Assembly (NCBI GenBank): GCA_021824625.1
Contig: JAKAKE010000181.1
Location: 5,209-69,208 of the forward strand
Direction: 5' to 3'
DNA from: Bacteroidota bacterium
Lineage (GTDB): Bacteria > Bacteroidota > Ignavibacteria > Kapaibacteriales > UBA2268
Length of the DNA: 64,000 nucleotides
In this document: positions 9,714-19,898 of the stretch, piece by piece
Layout of the letters: the number at the start of each line of letters is the position of its first letter
Position numbering within the stretch: position 1 is the stretch's first letter
Made by a program: the position numbers and the translations under genes
Notes under the pieces: generated by a model
The model's input: the letters and a program-made list of their open reading frames with translations, nothing else
What the model was told of the DNA's origin: nothing
The model's database searches: none

Positions 9714-11894
9714 TTAAAGCATCCCTGCTCTTTTTCTGAGGAACCATTCAATACCAAAGCATATGATTGAAATAATTAATAATAGCGGGAGATTCCACAG
9801 TGCTGATTCATTGCGGATTGTCACGCTTTTCGGTTTGAAGTTATTTAATTTTTCCAAATCATTTAAAAAGGATTTAGTTTCATCAGGCAGATAAAATTTT
9901 CCGCCTGTCCTTTCTGATATTGTACGAAGCAGAGAAGAGTTCATTCTCAAATCCTGAAATTCGAGTGCAATTTGTCCGACATTGAATCTTCCTTTATCTG
10001 AACCAAGCTTTCGTCCGTTTTGTTCTGCTGTGCCGGTAAAGAAGTAATCACTCTCGGGTAAACCTTCGAGCTTGCCTGTGTATCTTCCGTTTCCTATGGA
10101 AGTCAAAGTCAAATCACTTTCCTGATTTCCTCCACTTATTTTTACTTGTACATTTGCATTTTCGATTGGAGTATATGCGGCATCATAGATTTGCCCGATG
10201 AACTCGACTGTTTCATTAATGGTATATAGCTTTTTTGTTGTCCTGATAATCACCTGTTTATTGTCATAAGGAGTTGAAAGCCATTTCCTGCTGTTCTCCA
10301 TCAGAATGTTGAACAAGTCTGGAGTTTCGGTTCTTCCTTTTGATGCTTCCGAAGCATAGCCAAGCAGTTTCCATCTGAATAATCCGTAGCCAAGAAATGC
10401 AATTGATTTTTTATTACCGAATGAACGGGTGAGTATGAGAGGTTCTTTTAATGGGGCATTATTCACTTTCAAACCTGATACGATTTCGCTTTCAGGTTTG
10501 ACCTTGACAAATGTTTCTGTTCGAAAAACAGGTGGAAGTTGATTCCACAAATCAATGTCTGTATCTTTTCCGGTAACTCTGAGTAAGGGATTCGAAGCAT
10601 ATTCAGGTTTTACATCAGGCACTGCAAGAAACTCCTGTGGCTTCGATGAAATAGTCGTGAATGGAAGATAATCTTCAATTGTTTTTAATTTATTATAATC
10701 TAAATATTGCGATGCTATGAATAAAAGTGGTTTCCCTCTTTCAAGTTCCTTCTTGATTATTTGCATTACATTCGCAGGTGTCTCGGTAATCGGAAATCCT
10801 ATAAGGACGAGCATTTCTGCGTCTTTCAGGTCAGCTTCGGAAGGCTGCTTGTCATAAAATTCAGAGCCTTTCTTTTGGATGAATGAAATTAATTCAACAC
10901 CTTTTTCGGATAGGAATGAATTTTTTACAAATGAATAATCAGGATTAATTGAACCGGCAAAAATTGCAATTTTTCTTTTATTCTTTAAAACATTTACAAA
11001 CTCATTTGCAGAATTGTTTTTTGTTGTTATTTCATTATTTAGTGTACTGACAACGGTTGTAAGTTTTCTTATTCCTTCCTGTTTCGGAGAATATTCGAAA
11101 ACAGCGGTGAATGATTTTTTGTCAGGATGAACGGTAAATTTTTGTTCTCCGATGGTAGCATCATTATCAAGAAGTTTAAGAGTTAATTCACCTTCATTAT
11201 ATCCGTTTACTTTAACATTCACATTGACAGGGACAGGATTATTGATATAAATATTTTCATTTGTAATGATTGATTGAATTGAGACATCATGCGGTTCGGT
11301 TGAATCTCCGATTCCGATTGTGAAAATTGGTTTTCCGAGAAACTCTGCATCATAAATCGGATTATTACCTGTATTGAAAGCACCGTCAGTTATTAATAAG
11401 ACTGCCTGAATATTTTCTTTCTCAGCATTGGAAGAAACCCATTTCAATGCTTTGGAAATATCTGTCATTTGCCCTTTGAAATTCATTTCCTTAAATGTAA
11501 ATTCATCAGGTGAATAAATATCACTGCTGAAAATTGTTGTTTTTAATTTATCTTTATTTAAAGAAAGAAAATTTGAATTGTCAATCGCCTTAAGAAAACT
11601 AATTTTCCTATCTCCCAAAGCATCCCATTGGCTTACTGAAAGTGAATTATCGAGGAGTACCGCCAGTTTCGGTGCATCCTGAGTTCCCCTGATAATAGTA
11701 AGTATTGGTTCAAATAAAATAAATAATAGAAGAGAGAGTGCAATAGACCTTAATGTAATCAATACTATTTTTCTTGCTGAACTGATTTGGGGAACTGTCG
11801 TACGATAAGAAAATATCGAAAAAGCGACAGCAATTATTATCAATAAAGCAGTGAGCCACCAAGAACCGGATATTCCTAAATAATATGAATTCAT
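9714..11894 (-). CDS. VWA-domain membrane protein with N-terminal double-TM anchor (TIGR02226-like) and C-terminal TM
   Basis: Two N-terminal TM helices then MIDAS motif AVLLDNSLSVS and VLLITDGAFN; C-terminal hydrophobic helix LLLIISIICFGIEWF; resembles BatA-type aerotolerance-family architecture. Confidence 0.6.
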   Translation of the reverse strand: MNSYYLGISGSWWLTALLIIIAVAFSIFSYRTTVPQISSARKIVLITLRSIALSLLLFILFEPILTIIRGTQDAPKLAVLLDNSLSVSQWDALGDRKISFLKAIDNSNFLSLNKDKLKTTIFSSDIYSPDEFTFKEMNFKGQMTDISKALKWVSSNAEKENIQAVLLITDGAFNTGNNPIYDAEFLGKPIFTIGIGDSTEPHDVSIQSIITNENIYINNPVPVNVNVKVNGYNEGELTLKLLDNDATIGEQKFTVHPDKKSFTAVFEYSPKQEGIRKLTTVVSTLNNEITTKNNSANEFVNVLKNKRKIAIFAGSINPDYSFVKNSFLSEKGVELISFIQKKGSEFYDKQPSEADLKDAEMLVLIGFPITETPANVMQIIKKELERGKPLLFIASQYLDYNKLKTIEDYLPFTTISSKPQEFLAVPDVKPEYASNPLLRVTGKDTDIDLWNQLPPVFRTETFVKVKPESEIVSGLKVNNAPLKEPLILTRSFGNKKSIAFLGYGLFRWKLLGYASEASKGRTETPDLFNILMENSRKWLSTPYDNKQVIIRTTKKLYTINETVEFIGQIYDAAYTPIENANVQVKISGGNQESDLTLTSIGNGRYTGKLEGLPESDYFFTGTAEQNGRKLGSDKGRFNVGQIALEFQDLRMNSSLLRTISERTGGKFYLPDETKSFLNDLEKLNNFKPKSVTIRNESALWNLPLLLIISIICFGIEWFLRKRAGML

Positions 11895-11903
11895 TAAATT
11901 TTA

Positions 11904-12623
11904 TTATCTCATTGGTACTTCAATTATAAGCAATTCTGCTTTCCCGACAGCTTTGATTTTTAATTCGGAAATATCATAAATCGAGATTGAATCACGCTTT
12001 TCCAATGTTTCTCCAGATGATTCAATCTTACCTTTTGTTAACATTATAAAAACACCGTTTTCAGGATTATTTAATTTATATTCTAATTCAAGGTTGTCAT
12101 CTAAATCTGCTATACTAATGTAAGCGTCCTGATTTATCCATAAAGTATCATCAGATTTTTCTGGAGAAACAAGTAACTGAAATTTATTTTTTCTTAGTGA
12201 AGTATCGAACAATTTTTGGTCATAACTTGGCTTAATATCTTTTTCCTTAGGGAAAATCCAAATCTGGTAAAGGATTGCCGGTTCTTTTTCCGAGTTGTTA
12301 AATTCCGAATGCCAAATGCCGGTTCCTGCAGACATAATCTGCACCTCTCCGGGTTTAATTGTCTGAGTGTGTTCTTCACTGTCGGTATGCCTTAATTCAC
12401 CTGAAAGAGGTATTGTGATAATTTCCATATTATCATGTGGATGCAAACCGAAACCTGAAGCAGGAGCGATAGTATCATCATTCAGGACTCTTAGCTTTCC
12501 GAAGTGAATTCTTTTATCATCGAAATACCCGGAAAAGCTGAATGAGTGGTAAGTTTTGAGCCACCCGTAATCGAAAAAACCTCTTGTATCATTTCTATAT
12601 ATTTCTTTTTTCATTGATTTCAT
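11904..12623 (-). CDS. pirin family protein (cupin; quercetin 2,3-dioxygenase-like)
   Basis: GFGLHPHDNMEIITIPLSGEL (pirin N-terminal metal-binding His cluster) and ...GTGIWHSEFN; length 239 aa typical. Confidence 0.85.
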   Translation of the reverse strand: MKSMKKEIYRNDTRGFFDYGWLKTYHSFSFSGYFDDKRIHFGKLRVLNDDTIAPASGFGLHPHDNMEIITIPLSGELRHTDSEEHTQTIKPGEVQIMSAGTGIWHSEFNNSEKEPAILYQIWIFPKEKDIKPSYDQKLFDTSLRKNKFQLLVSPEKSDDTLWINQDAYISIADLDDNLELEYKLNNPENGVFIMLTKGKIESSGETLEKRDSISIYDISELKIKAVGKAELLIIEVPMR

Positions 12624-12752
12624 TTTAAAGTGTTTATAAATCTGAACGAATAACGATTAAGCAGATTAAAGATTTTTATTTGGGCTGATGATAGGCTGGG
12701 TATATTGGGATTTTACCAAGTGAAATAAATTGGTTATTTTTGTATAATATTT

Positions 12753-12826
12753 CGGGGTGTAGCTCAGCCCGGTAGAGTACTACGTTCGGGACGTAGGAGC
12801 CGGAGGTTCAAATCCTCTCACCCCGA
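12753..12826 (+). tRNA. tRNA-Pro (anticodon CGG)
   Basis: Manual fold: acceptor CGGGGTG/CACCCCG, D-arm GCTC..GAGT, anticodon stem CTACG/CGTAG with loop TTCGGGA (anticodon CGG), T-arm GGAGG-TTCAAAT-CCTCT, discriminator A; no encoded CCA. Confidence 0.85.
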
Positions 12827-12890
12827 CATATCTTTCAGCTAACTTAAATGGTTATTTCCTTGCACAACCTTTACTCAACAATTTGTTGTT

Positions 12891-13373
12891 TTATATTGAT
12901 TTTCGGTTATTGTATTCGGTTTTAAATGCTTCGATAGCTTCATCCAGAGGCTTTTTTAAAATTTCAGAAAATTTCTGTGCCTCACGGACATTATTCTGAT
13001 AACGAATCGCCCTGTCAAGTGTGAAAATTATTTGCTCTTTTTTAAAAGGTTTTGTTATATAATCGTAAACACCTTGCGAAAGTGCTTCCATAGCGGTTTC
13101 AAGCGAGCCGAATGCCGTGATGATAATTACCTGCTCAAATCGCTTATTGTCTTTGACATACTTTAATATATCGAGTCCGTCCATACCCGGCATTTTGAGG
13201 TCGGTAATTATTATATCATACTCATTTTGTTCGAGCAGATTCGGTACTTCGAGTGAATTATTAGTAACAGTAATTTGATAAGGAGTTTTTTCCCGAATAA
13301 TTCTTTCAAGAAGTCGGAGTAAATCCGGTTCGTCGTCTATTGCAAGGATGTTTTGTTTCATTTTATTCACCAT
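12891..13373 (-). CDS. single-domain response regulator (CheY-like receiver with short C-terminal extension)
   Basis: ILAIDDEPDLL...DIIITDLKMPGMDGLDIL...IIITAF receiver motifs with phospho-accepting Asp; no DNA-binding output domain; 8-bp gap to upstream HK. Confidence 0.85.
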   Translation of the reverse strand: MVNKMKQNILAIDDEPDLLRLLERIIREKTPYQITVTNNSLEVPNLLEQNEYDIIITDLKMPGMDGLDILKYVKDNKRFEQVIIITAFGSLETAMEALSQGVYDYITKPFKKEQIIFTLDRAIRYQNNVREAQKFSEILKKPLDEAIEAFKTEYNNRKSI

Positions 13374-13381
13374 TATAATAG

Positions 13382-15538
13382 TTATTCATTTTCTATTTTT
13401 GGTATTGTAATTATAAAAGTTGTACCTGTCTGATTACCGGGATAATCTTCATCAGAAAAGCTTCTAAAATTAATTTTTCCACCGAATTTTGCAATTATTC
13501 CATAGCACAAAGATAAACCCAAACCAGTGCCTTCTCCAACTTTTTTTGTAGTAAAGAAGGGGTCGAAGATTTTCTGTTTTATTCTGTTTGGTATTCCTTC
13601 GCCGGTATCAGATATTTCAACAATAACATTTTGTCCTTCTTCAAATGCATTGATGACGATTGTTCCTCCACCTTCTTTTTTCATAGCTGAAACAGAATTA
13701 TTAATCAGATTGAAAATTACTTGCTGGAATTCACGCGAGTCTCCCCTGATTTTTGGTAGATTTTCCGGAATATTTATATTCAAACTAATTTTTGATGTAA
13801 ATAGAGTATTTTTTACTATTGTACCAACCGTTTCAATGCATGCTTTCGCATCAGTATTATCTTCCAGTCCTTCTGTAATTCGTGCGAAACCTAAAAGATT
13901 CTCGACAATCTTTTTAGCATGATTCACATTCGACTCGATAGTTTTCAGGTCTTTGTAGGTCTGTGAATCGGGTGGAAAGTTATCTACAAGCAAGTCCGTA
14001 AAGCCAAGTATAACTGCAAGAGGATTATTTATTTCATGTGCGACACCTGCCGCAAGCGTGCCAATTGAAGCAAGTTTTTCGGTGTTGTACATCATATTTT
14101 CAAGCTCTCTTTTCTTGGTTTCGTCTCTTACAATAATCGAATAGCCGAGAATTTCACTCTTTAGAGAACTGATAAGTGTTTTGGAGATATTAACCATTAC
14201 TTTTTTGCCGGACTTAGTTACTCTTTCGGCAATGTAATTAGAAATATAACCATTTTTTATTACCAATTCATTAATTTGGTCAAGTTCCTCATCTGCGTCA
14301 ATTTCGGAAGGTATTAATCTGCGGAAAGAATGTCCAATCATTTCATCTGAAGTAAATTCAAAAATCTTTTCAGCACCTTTATTCCATACACGTACTAAAT
14401 TATCTTTACCGGTGAAAATGATAGCATCGAGGGAGTTTTCTAATATGCTTGAAATTATTTCCTGCTGTTCTGTTACACGTTCCTTTAAACCTTCAGATAT
14501 TTTTCTTTGGTAAGCCGCAAAGAAAAAAGCAAACAGGATCATACCGGCTGCAATAAATAATTCTGCTCCGAGATGTCTCATGTATGCTTTATCTATAGCC
14601 TCTGCGACTTCACTTATTGGAGCGACTACGGCAATAGACCAAACCCTGCCTTTGAGTGCAGTATTTTTTATTGGTGTAAAGGCAATAAGTTTAATAATTT
14701 TCCCTTTCATATTCCTATGCCACCAGCTTTCGTAAATTCCTGTGCCTTCCTCTCCTTTCATCATCTTATCCTTCATAATGATATTAATCTGGCTGAAGTT
14801 TACATAAGGCTTTTTTCCACGACGTGCCTCGAAAATATTTCTTCCAATAAATCCACTTTCAGGATGATATAAAGCTGTTGCATTTTCATCAATAACCCAA
14901 GCATAACCTGTTTTACCTGACCTGACATTTCCAATTATCTTCCTGAACAATTGTGATAATTCAAGTCTTGTAAACAGCATTCCCGTAAGCCTTCCATTTG
15001 TTCTTAATGGTATTGTGATATCACTGATAATAAAAATTTTTCCGGTGGAGTCTTGATGGACTGAGAGTGGTGAAAAGGTCATTCTCTCACTATGATTATT
15101 TATATCATCAATTTTAATTTTTGACAAATCAAGGTTAGGAAAGCTGCCATGATTGTAATATTCAACAAGCTTACCTTGTGAATTCAATAATCCAATGTCA
15201 ATTATTCCCATATCTGCGTTTTGTTTTAGAACGCTCACCATAGCCTCCTTGCGGATTTTTCCTTCGGTATCTTCGGCAAACCATTTTAGGCTTTTCAGTT
15301 GTATCTCAAGATTGTTCAGAAACAGCTCGAACTGTGCTGATGACTGCCTTGCAAGAATAAGCTGCTGCTGGTTGAAGTCGTCGTTTATTTGTTTTTTGAT
15401 TGCTTCGGAATCGAGATAAATAAGATAAATTGCTATCCCAAAAATAATGAAGAATAAAATTGAAATCAGAAACGGCGTAAATTTTTTTCTGAAAAAAAAG
15501 TTACTTATTCTGTCAACAATCATTAGGAAATTTTTCAT
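13382..15538 (-). CDS. membrane sensor histidine kinase (periplasmic Cache-like domain, PAS, HisKA, HATPase_c)
   Basis: Two TM helices flanking a ~280-aa extracytoplasmic domain, PAS (LENSLDAIIFTG...), H-box AHEINNPLAVILGFTDLL, N/G boxes (FNLINNSVSAM; GTGLGLSL). Confidence 0.85.
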   Translation of the reverse strand: MKNFLMIVDRISNFFFRKKFTPFLISILFFIIFGIAIYLIYLDSEAIKKQINDDFNQQQLILARQSSAQFELFLNNLEIQLKSLKWFAEDTEGKIRKEAMVSVLKQNADMGIIDIGLLNSQGKLVEYYNHGSFPNLDLSKIKIDDINNHSERMTFSPLSVHQDSTGKIFIISDITIPLRTNGRLTGMLFTRLELSQLFRKIIGNVRSGKTGYAWVIDENATALYHPESGFIGRNIFEARRGKKPYVNFSQINIIMKDKMMKGEEGTGIYESWWHRNMKGKIIKLIAFTPIKNTALKGRVWSIAVVAPISEVAEAIDKAYMRHLGAELFIAAGMILFAFFFAAYQRKISEGLKERVTEQQEIISSILENSLDAIIFTGKDNLVRVWNKGAEKIFEFTSDEMIGHSFRRLIPSEIDADEELDQINELVIKNGYISNYIAERVTKSGKKVMVNISKTLISSLKSEILGYSIIVRDETKKRELENMMYNTEKLASIGTLAAGVAHEINNPLAVILGFTDLLVDNFPPDSQTYKDLKTIESNVNHAKKIVENLLGFARITEGLEDNTDAKACIETVGTIVKNTLFTSKISLNINIPENLPKIRGDSREFQQVIFNLINNSVSAMKKEGGGTIVINAFEEGQNVIVEISDTGEGIPNRIKQKIFDPFFTTKKVGEGTGLGLSLCYGIIAKFGGKINFRSFSDEDYPGNQTGTTFIITIPKIENE

Positions 15539-15545
15539 TTTACGC

Positions 15546-18119
15546 CTATGTCATTTTAATTTTTTCAAGTATGTCTTTTTTATAAGATTCCATTTCATAA
15601 TCATCGCTCAGTGCCATGTCAAGCTGCTTTGTCAGCATCGTGAGCTGTCCAAGGGCAAACAACCTGTTTTGCAAAATATCTTTTTGAAGATATGAAATTT
15701 CCGATTCAAAGGCATCGCCTTTACTACTACATTCAAAACCAAGTTTACTCAGAATTGATTCAAGCAGCTTAATTCTCCTCAGTCTTCTTTCAAAAGTTGC
15801 TCCACCTTCTTTGAACCTAAGTCTTATAAAATTTTTATTTGGTATTTCGGTACACATCGCCTCAATTGTCGAGAAGTGATAACCCATCCTTAATGACAGT
15901 ACCATATATTCTTTTGAACAAATCACATAACTTTTCTCAGCGAATCCCGATTTTTTTTGGGTTGTCAAATCAGTTGCCATCACTGTCATAAAGCTTTTCA
16001 TGTCCGGTGCAGCAGGTGGCAATGTCCACCCAATATTTTCAATACCCTCCCAAAATGATTCGAATGGTACGGAGTTAATATTTTCAAATGCGATATTTCT
16101 TTTTTTATTGGTCAGATATGATTCATCAATCGAAATAATATCCACAGGTAATGGGATATCACTTTTCAAATGGTAAGGGATAGTTTCACCTTTAAAGTTT
16201 TTAGCACTTGAAAACATTTCTTCGATTGCTTTTTGATGAGCAAACCTTAGAATATCGTGAACCGTTTTACAATTCTCAATAATGAAATCCGGGGAGCGTG
16301 AATCAGTCAGATTGATTGGTGCAATTTTACCGGATATTTTTTCAAGAATATTAAATGAAGTAATATCATATTCAAAGTCGTTATCGGGTTTTAATGCGTC
16401 TGCTAATTCAGGGATTGAATCTTTATAAATTATGCAATTTGCTGCATCAACTGTTACGATAGTTCCATTTACAAGTTTTTCGATTTCATTAAAACCAACA
16501 ATTGTCGGAATTCTGTATTCACGAGCTATTGTTATCAGGTGGCTTGCAACACCACCCACTTTTGTTATTAAAGCAGAGGCACGGCTTAATGCCGTTATTA
16601 AGCCCGGGAACGGATACTCGGCAACAATGACTGCAGATTCAGGTACTGACTCGAGGTCATTTGTGTTTTTAACATGGTGAACAGTACCAATACCTGCTCC
16701 GGGAGAGGCTGTAGTGCCGGATTTTGTGATGAAATTAAAGTTTGATGTATCAATTGATTCTTTTAATAATTTCTTTTTTATAACATTTAATGGACGTGTT
16801 TGTAAAATGTATTGATTATTGTTTTCATCAATTGCCCATTCAATATCCTGAGGGCAACCGTAATGCTCCTCGATTTTAATCGCCAATTCTGCTAATTTTC
16901 TGATTTCTTCATTATTGGCAGATAAATCATTTCTATTGGATTCTGGTATTTCCTGAATGGAAACATCTCCATCTTTATTCAAAATTAACTTCTTTTCCTT
17001 GTAAGCAGGTATATCTCCAACTATTTCATAGTTCGATTTGGATACAATAAACTGGTCGGGAGTTATTGTGCCATCTACAAGAAGTTTCCCAATGCCAAAT
17101 ATAGAATTTATCAATAAATTATTATCATCAGGATTGACTGGGTTGGATGTGTAAATCACACCACTTGAACGAGCATTTACCATTGATACACAACCGATAC
17201 TCATAGCTAAATCCGATTCGGCAAGTTCATGACTAAGGTAATAATAAATTGCTTTAGGACTGAATTTACTTGCAATCACTTTCAGATATGCTCCAATCAG
17301 GTTTTCCTTTTTGACACCAAGGCAAGTTGAGTACTGCCCTGCAAAACTTAACTTTGAGTCTTCACCGATAGCACTTGAACGAACCGAGACAAGATTTTGA
17401 ATTGGAGATGCACCGACTTCGCTCAGCGTAACAGATTCCATTAAATTGTCATGAGAATTTAAAATAGTTTGGGATAAGTCCTCCGGAATTTCTGAATTTA
17501 ATATCAAGGAAGAAATATCATTACTGATTTTTTCAAGCCCGCTATAATTTTTAATATCTACATTTTTCAGAATATTAGTGATTTTATTTTGCAGGTCATT
17601 CGAATCGAGAAAATATTTGTATGCCCAGGCCGACACAGCGAATCCGTCAGGAACAGGTATATTCAGTATATTTCTTAATTCACCGAGTTGTGCATTTTTA
17701 CTTCCAACACTTGACGACTTATTTTTATCTAACTGTGAAAATGGGATTGTGAACTCATCCTTGGGAATTACTGACTTTTCAGATAACTCATTGAGAATTT
17801 CTTTTTGAATATTTTTAAATTTCTCTCCCAGACTTTCATATTCTTTTCCACCAAGTTCAATAAGATGAGCAATAAGGCTTTCAAGAATTTTATTAAGATT
17901 TTCAATTGAATTGTTTATATAGTTTATATCATATATAAATTCACCGGTTGTCTTTTCTTCAATATCACTAATGATTTTTAATGCCTGGTTATTGGATTCG
18001 AGAACGGACATGAAAGCATCGAATTTTTCAATAAGAACAAAAGGCTGATTAGAAACAGCTTTTTCATTTTTTGTTTTATTAAAAATATTATGAAAAATAT
18101 TCATAACAATTAAAACCAA
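15546..18119 (-). CDS. PEP-synthase-like phosphotransferase, paralog A (PPDK_N nucleotide-binding domain + mobile phospho-His domain + non-canonical C-terminal domain)
   Basis: VRSSAIGEDSKLSFAGQYSTCLGV (PPDK_N/PEP synthase N-domain motif), DIEWAIDENN, phosphohistidine swivel motif GGVASHLITIAREYRIPTIVG; ~300-aa C-terminus lacks recognisable PEP/pyruvate TIM-barrel motifs; 7-bp gap to downstream HK. Confidence 0.75.
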   Translation of the reverse strand: MVLIVMNIFHNIFNKTKNEKAVSNQPFVLIEKFDAFMSVLESNNQALKIISDIEEKTTGEFIYDINYINNSIENLNKILESLIAHLIELGGKEYESLGEKFKNIQKEILNELSEKSVIPKDEFTIPFSQLDKNKSSSVGSKNAQLGELRNILNIPVPDGFAVSAWAYKYFLDSNDLQNKITNILKNVDIKNYSGLEKISNDISSLILNSEIPEDLSQTILNSHDNLMESVTLSEVGASPIQNLVSVRSSAIGEDSKLSFAGQYSTCLGVKKENLIGAYLKVIASKFSPKAIYYYLSHELAESDLAMSIGCVSMVNARSSGVIYTSNPVNPDDNNLLINSIFGIGKLLVDGTITPDQFIVSKSNYEIVGDIPAYKEKKLILNKDGDVSIQEIPESNRNDLSANNEEIRKLAELAIKIEEHYGCPQDIEWAIDENNNQYILQTRPLNVIKKKLLKESIDTSNFNFITKSGTTASPGAGIGTVHHVKNTNDLESVPESAVIVAEYPFPGLITALSRASALITKVGGVASHLITIAREYRIPTIVGFNEIEKLVNGTIVTVDAANCIIYKDSIPELADALKPDNDFEYDITSFNILEKISGKIAPINLTDSRSPDFIIENCKTVHDILRFAHQKAIEEMFSSAKNFKGETIPYHLKSDIPLPVDIISIDESYLTNKKRNIAFENINSVPFESFWEGIENIGWTLPPAAPDMKSFMTVMATDLTTQKKSGFAEKSYVICSKEYMVLSLRMGYHFSTIEAMCTEIPNKNFIRLRFKEGGATFERRLRRIKLLESILSKLGFECSSKGDAFESEISYLQKDILQNRLFALGQLTMLTKQLDMALSDDYEMESYKKDILEKIKMT

Positions 18120-18341
18120 TTATAAAATACAATACTAAAATAACAATTATTTGTTGAGTGTAATCCAATAGTAAGTTGTATTTATAATAAAATATATTAA
18201 TTAAGTCTATAAAGTTTGATTTCATAATTGCTTAGTAATGCAACACATAAATTACATTTGGACTTTTAAACTTTAATAAACAGAAATCATTAGTTAATTT
18301 TTTTTCAATTAAAATGCTTTTTTACTAAAAGAAGGTGTTGA

Positions 18342-18623
18342 ATGTTTAAAAAATTAATTAGCCGTTGCCTTCTGTTATTATGCTTCTTAGCCGCAAATAC
18401 CGGTAATTTGTTTGCCGAAGGCAAACCTGCAACCGAACTGAACAAAACTGTGAAAGTCGAAGGGTTAACCGGATTGAATCTTTTTTTGGCACAAACTTAC
18501 AATAGCAACAGATTGCTTTTTGCAGTCATCTCGACTGGAGTGATTGTGATTCTTGGTGTAATTGTTACATACATTGTAAGCCTGTTCATCAAGCCCGCAG
18601 GGCATACACATAAAGAAGAATAA
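18342..18623 (+). CDS. small secreted/membrane protein (signal peptide + C-terminal TM)
   Basis: N-terminal signal-like LLLLCFLAANTGNLFA and C-terminal helix AVISTGVIVILGVIVTYIVSLFI; 23 bp upstream of the TauE gene. Confidence 0.35.
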   Translation: MFKKLISRCLLLLCFLAANTGNLFAEGKPATELNKTVKVEGLTGLNLFLAQTYNSNRLLFAVISTGVIVILGVIVTYIVSLFIKPAGHTHKEE

Positions 18624-18646
18624 AAAAAATAAATAACGGAGAAAAC

Positions 18647-19750
18647 ATGGATATTTTTAACATTTATCTTCCAATTGCCGAAATTCAATTCAATGTAATT
18701 TTGCTGTTTGTATTAGGATTTTGTGTTGGGGTATTAGGTGGTTTTTTTGGAGTTGGTGGGGGGTGGATTGTTACTCCAACTTTAAATATATTTGGATTTC
18801 CGATGGATTTTGCTATCGGAACTGATATTACATATATTTTTGGGACATCTATTGTATCGACGAAAATTCACAGCGGACTTGGAAATATTGACTGGAAGCT
18901 GGGAATATTTTCAATTGTCAGTTCTGTAATTGGAGTAGAAGTCGGTGCCCAACTAATAATGTATCTTGGAAAAACTTATGGCATTGAAGGCTTAGATTCT
19001 ATTGTCCGATGGAGTTTTATTACACTTCTGATATTTTTGGGTGGTTTTATGCTTTATGACTATTTCGTAGTACAGAAAAGATTGTCCGAAGAAGAAAGAA
19101 AAGCGGATGACCCCATGCAAACACACATATCCAAGATTCAAAAAAAGAAAAAAGTGGCTCTTCCGATTCGATTACAAAATATAAGGTTATTCCCAATGGT
19201 TTCATTCAAAACTTCGGGAATAAAATCTGTTTCGTTCTGGATTGTATTTGTTATTTTCTTTGTAGCCGGAGTATTACAGGGATTTCTCGGTGTCGGCGGA
19301 GGTTTTATCAAGATGCCGGCAATGATTTATCTATTGGGAGTACCTACGGTGATTGCCGTTGGAACTGACTTATTCAATGTGTTAATAACCTCCATCTATG
19401 GCGGTTTCACTTATGCCATTAAAGGCAGAGTGGAACTCATTGCTGCTGTAATCATGTTTTTTGGTGGTGCATTCGGTGCGATATTTGGTTCTACTGCAAC
19501 AAAATATGTAAGAGGATATGGTATTAGGTTATTATTTGCTATTATGATTATAGTTGCAGGAGGTTCTGTTGTTATTAAACAACTTGAAAAGCCACTGCAC
19601 ATGCCTATTTTAAATGATATTTCAGGTTATCTTGTTGTTGGTGCCGCAATACTGATGACATCTATAGTATTATGGAAATTAGTTGTAAGTTATTATCAAT
19701 TAAAAAAATCAGAAATGGGATTTGACCCTGATTCAATTGGTAAACACTAA
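18647..19750 (+). CDS. TauE/SafE (DUF81) family anion permease
   Basis: Duplicated 4-TM halves each with the Gly-rich motif (VGVLGGFFGVGGGWIVTP and LQGFLGVGGGFIKMPAMIYL) characteristic of sulfite/sulfoacetate exporter TauE/SafE family. Confidence 0.75.
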   Translation: MDIFNIYLPIAEIQFNVILLFVLGFCVGVLGGFFGVGGGWIVTPTLNIFGFPMDFAIGTDITYIFGTSIVSTKIHSGLGNIDWKLGIFSIVSSVIGVEVGAQLIMYLGKTYGIEGLDSIVRWSFITLLIFLGGFMLYDYFVVQKRLSEEERKADDPMQTHISKIQKKKKVALPIRLQNIRLFPMVSFKTSGIKSVSFWIVFVIFFVAGVLQGFLGVGGGFIKMPAMIYLLGVPTVIAVGTDLFNVLITSIYGGFTYAIKGRVELIAAVIMFFGGAFGAIFGSTATKYVRGYGIRLLFAIMIIVAGGSVVIKQLEKPLHMPILNDISGYLVVGAAILMTSIVLWKLVVSYYQLKKSEMGFDPDSIGKH

Positions 19751-19830
19751 GTTGAGTGTTGAATGTTGAATGTTGAGTGCTGAATTGACAATTGCAAATA
19801 TCATTTGGTGAAACAACAATAAAAATAATA

Positions 19831-19866
19831 AAGCCGCCTCAAGATAGGGTGGCTTTTTTCTTTTTG
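19831..19866 (+). terminator. rho-independent terminator after TauE gene
   Basis: Hairpin aagccgcc-tcaagatag-ggtggctt followed by ttttttcttttt. Confidence 0.65.
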
Positions 19867-19898
19867 ATTGATAAGTACGTTTATGTTATTTTGGTTTT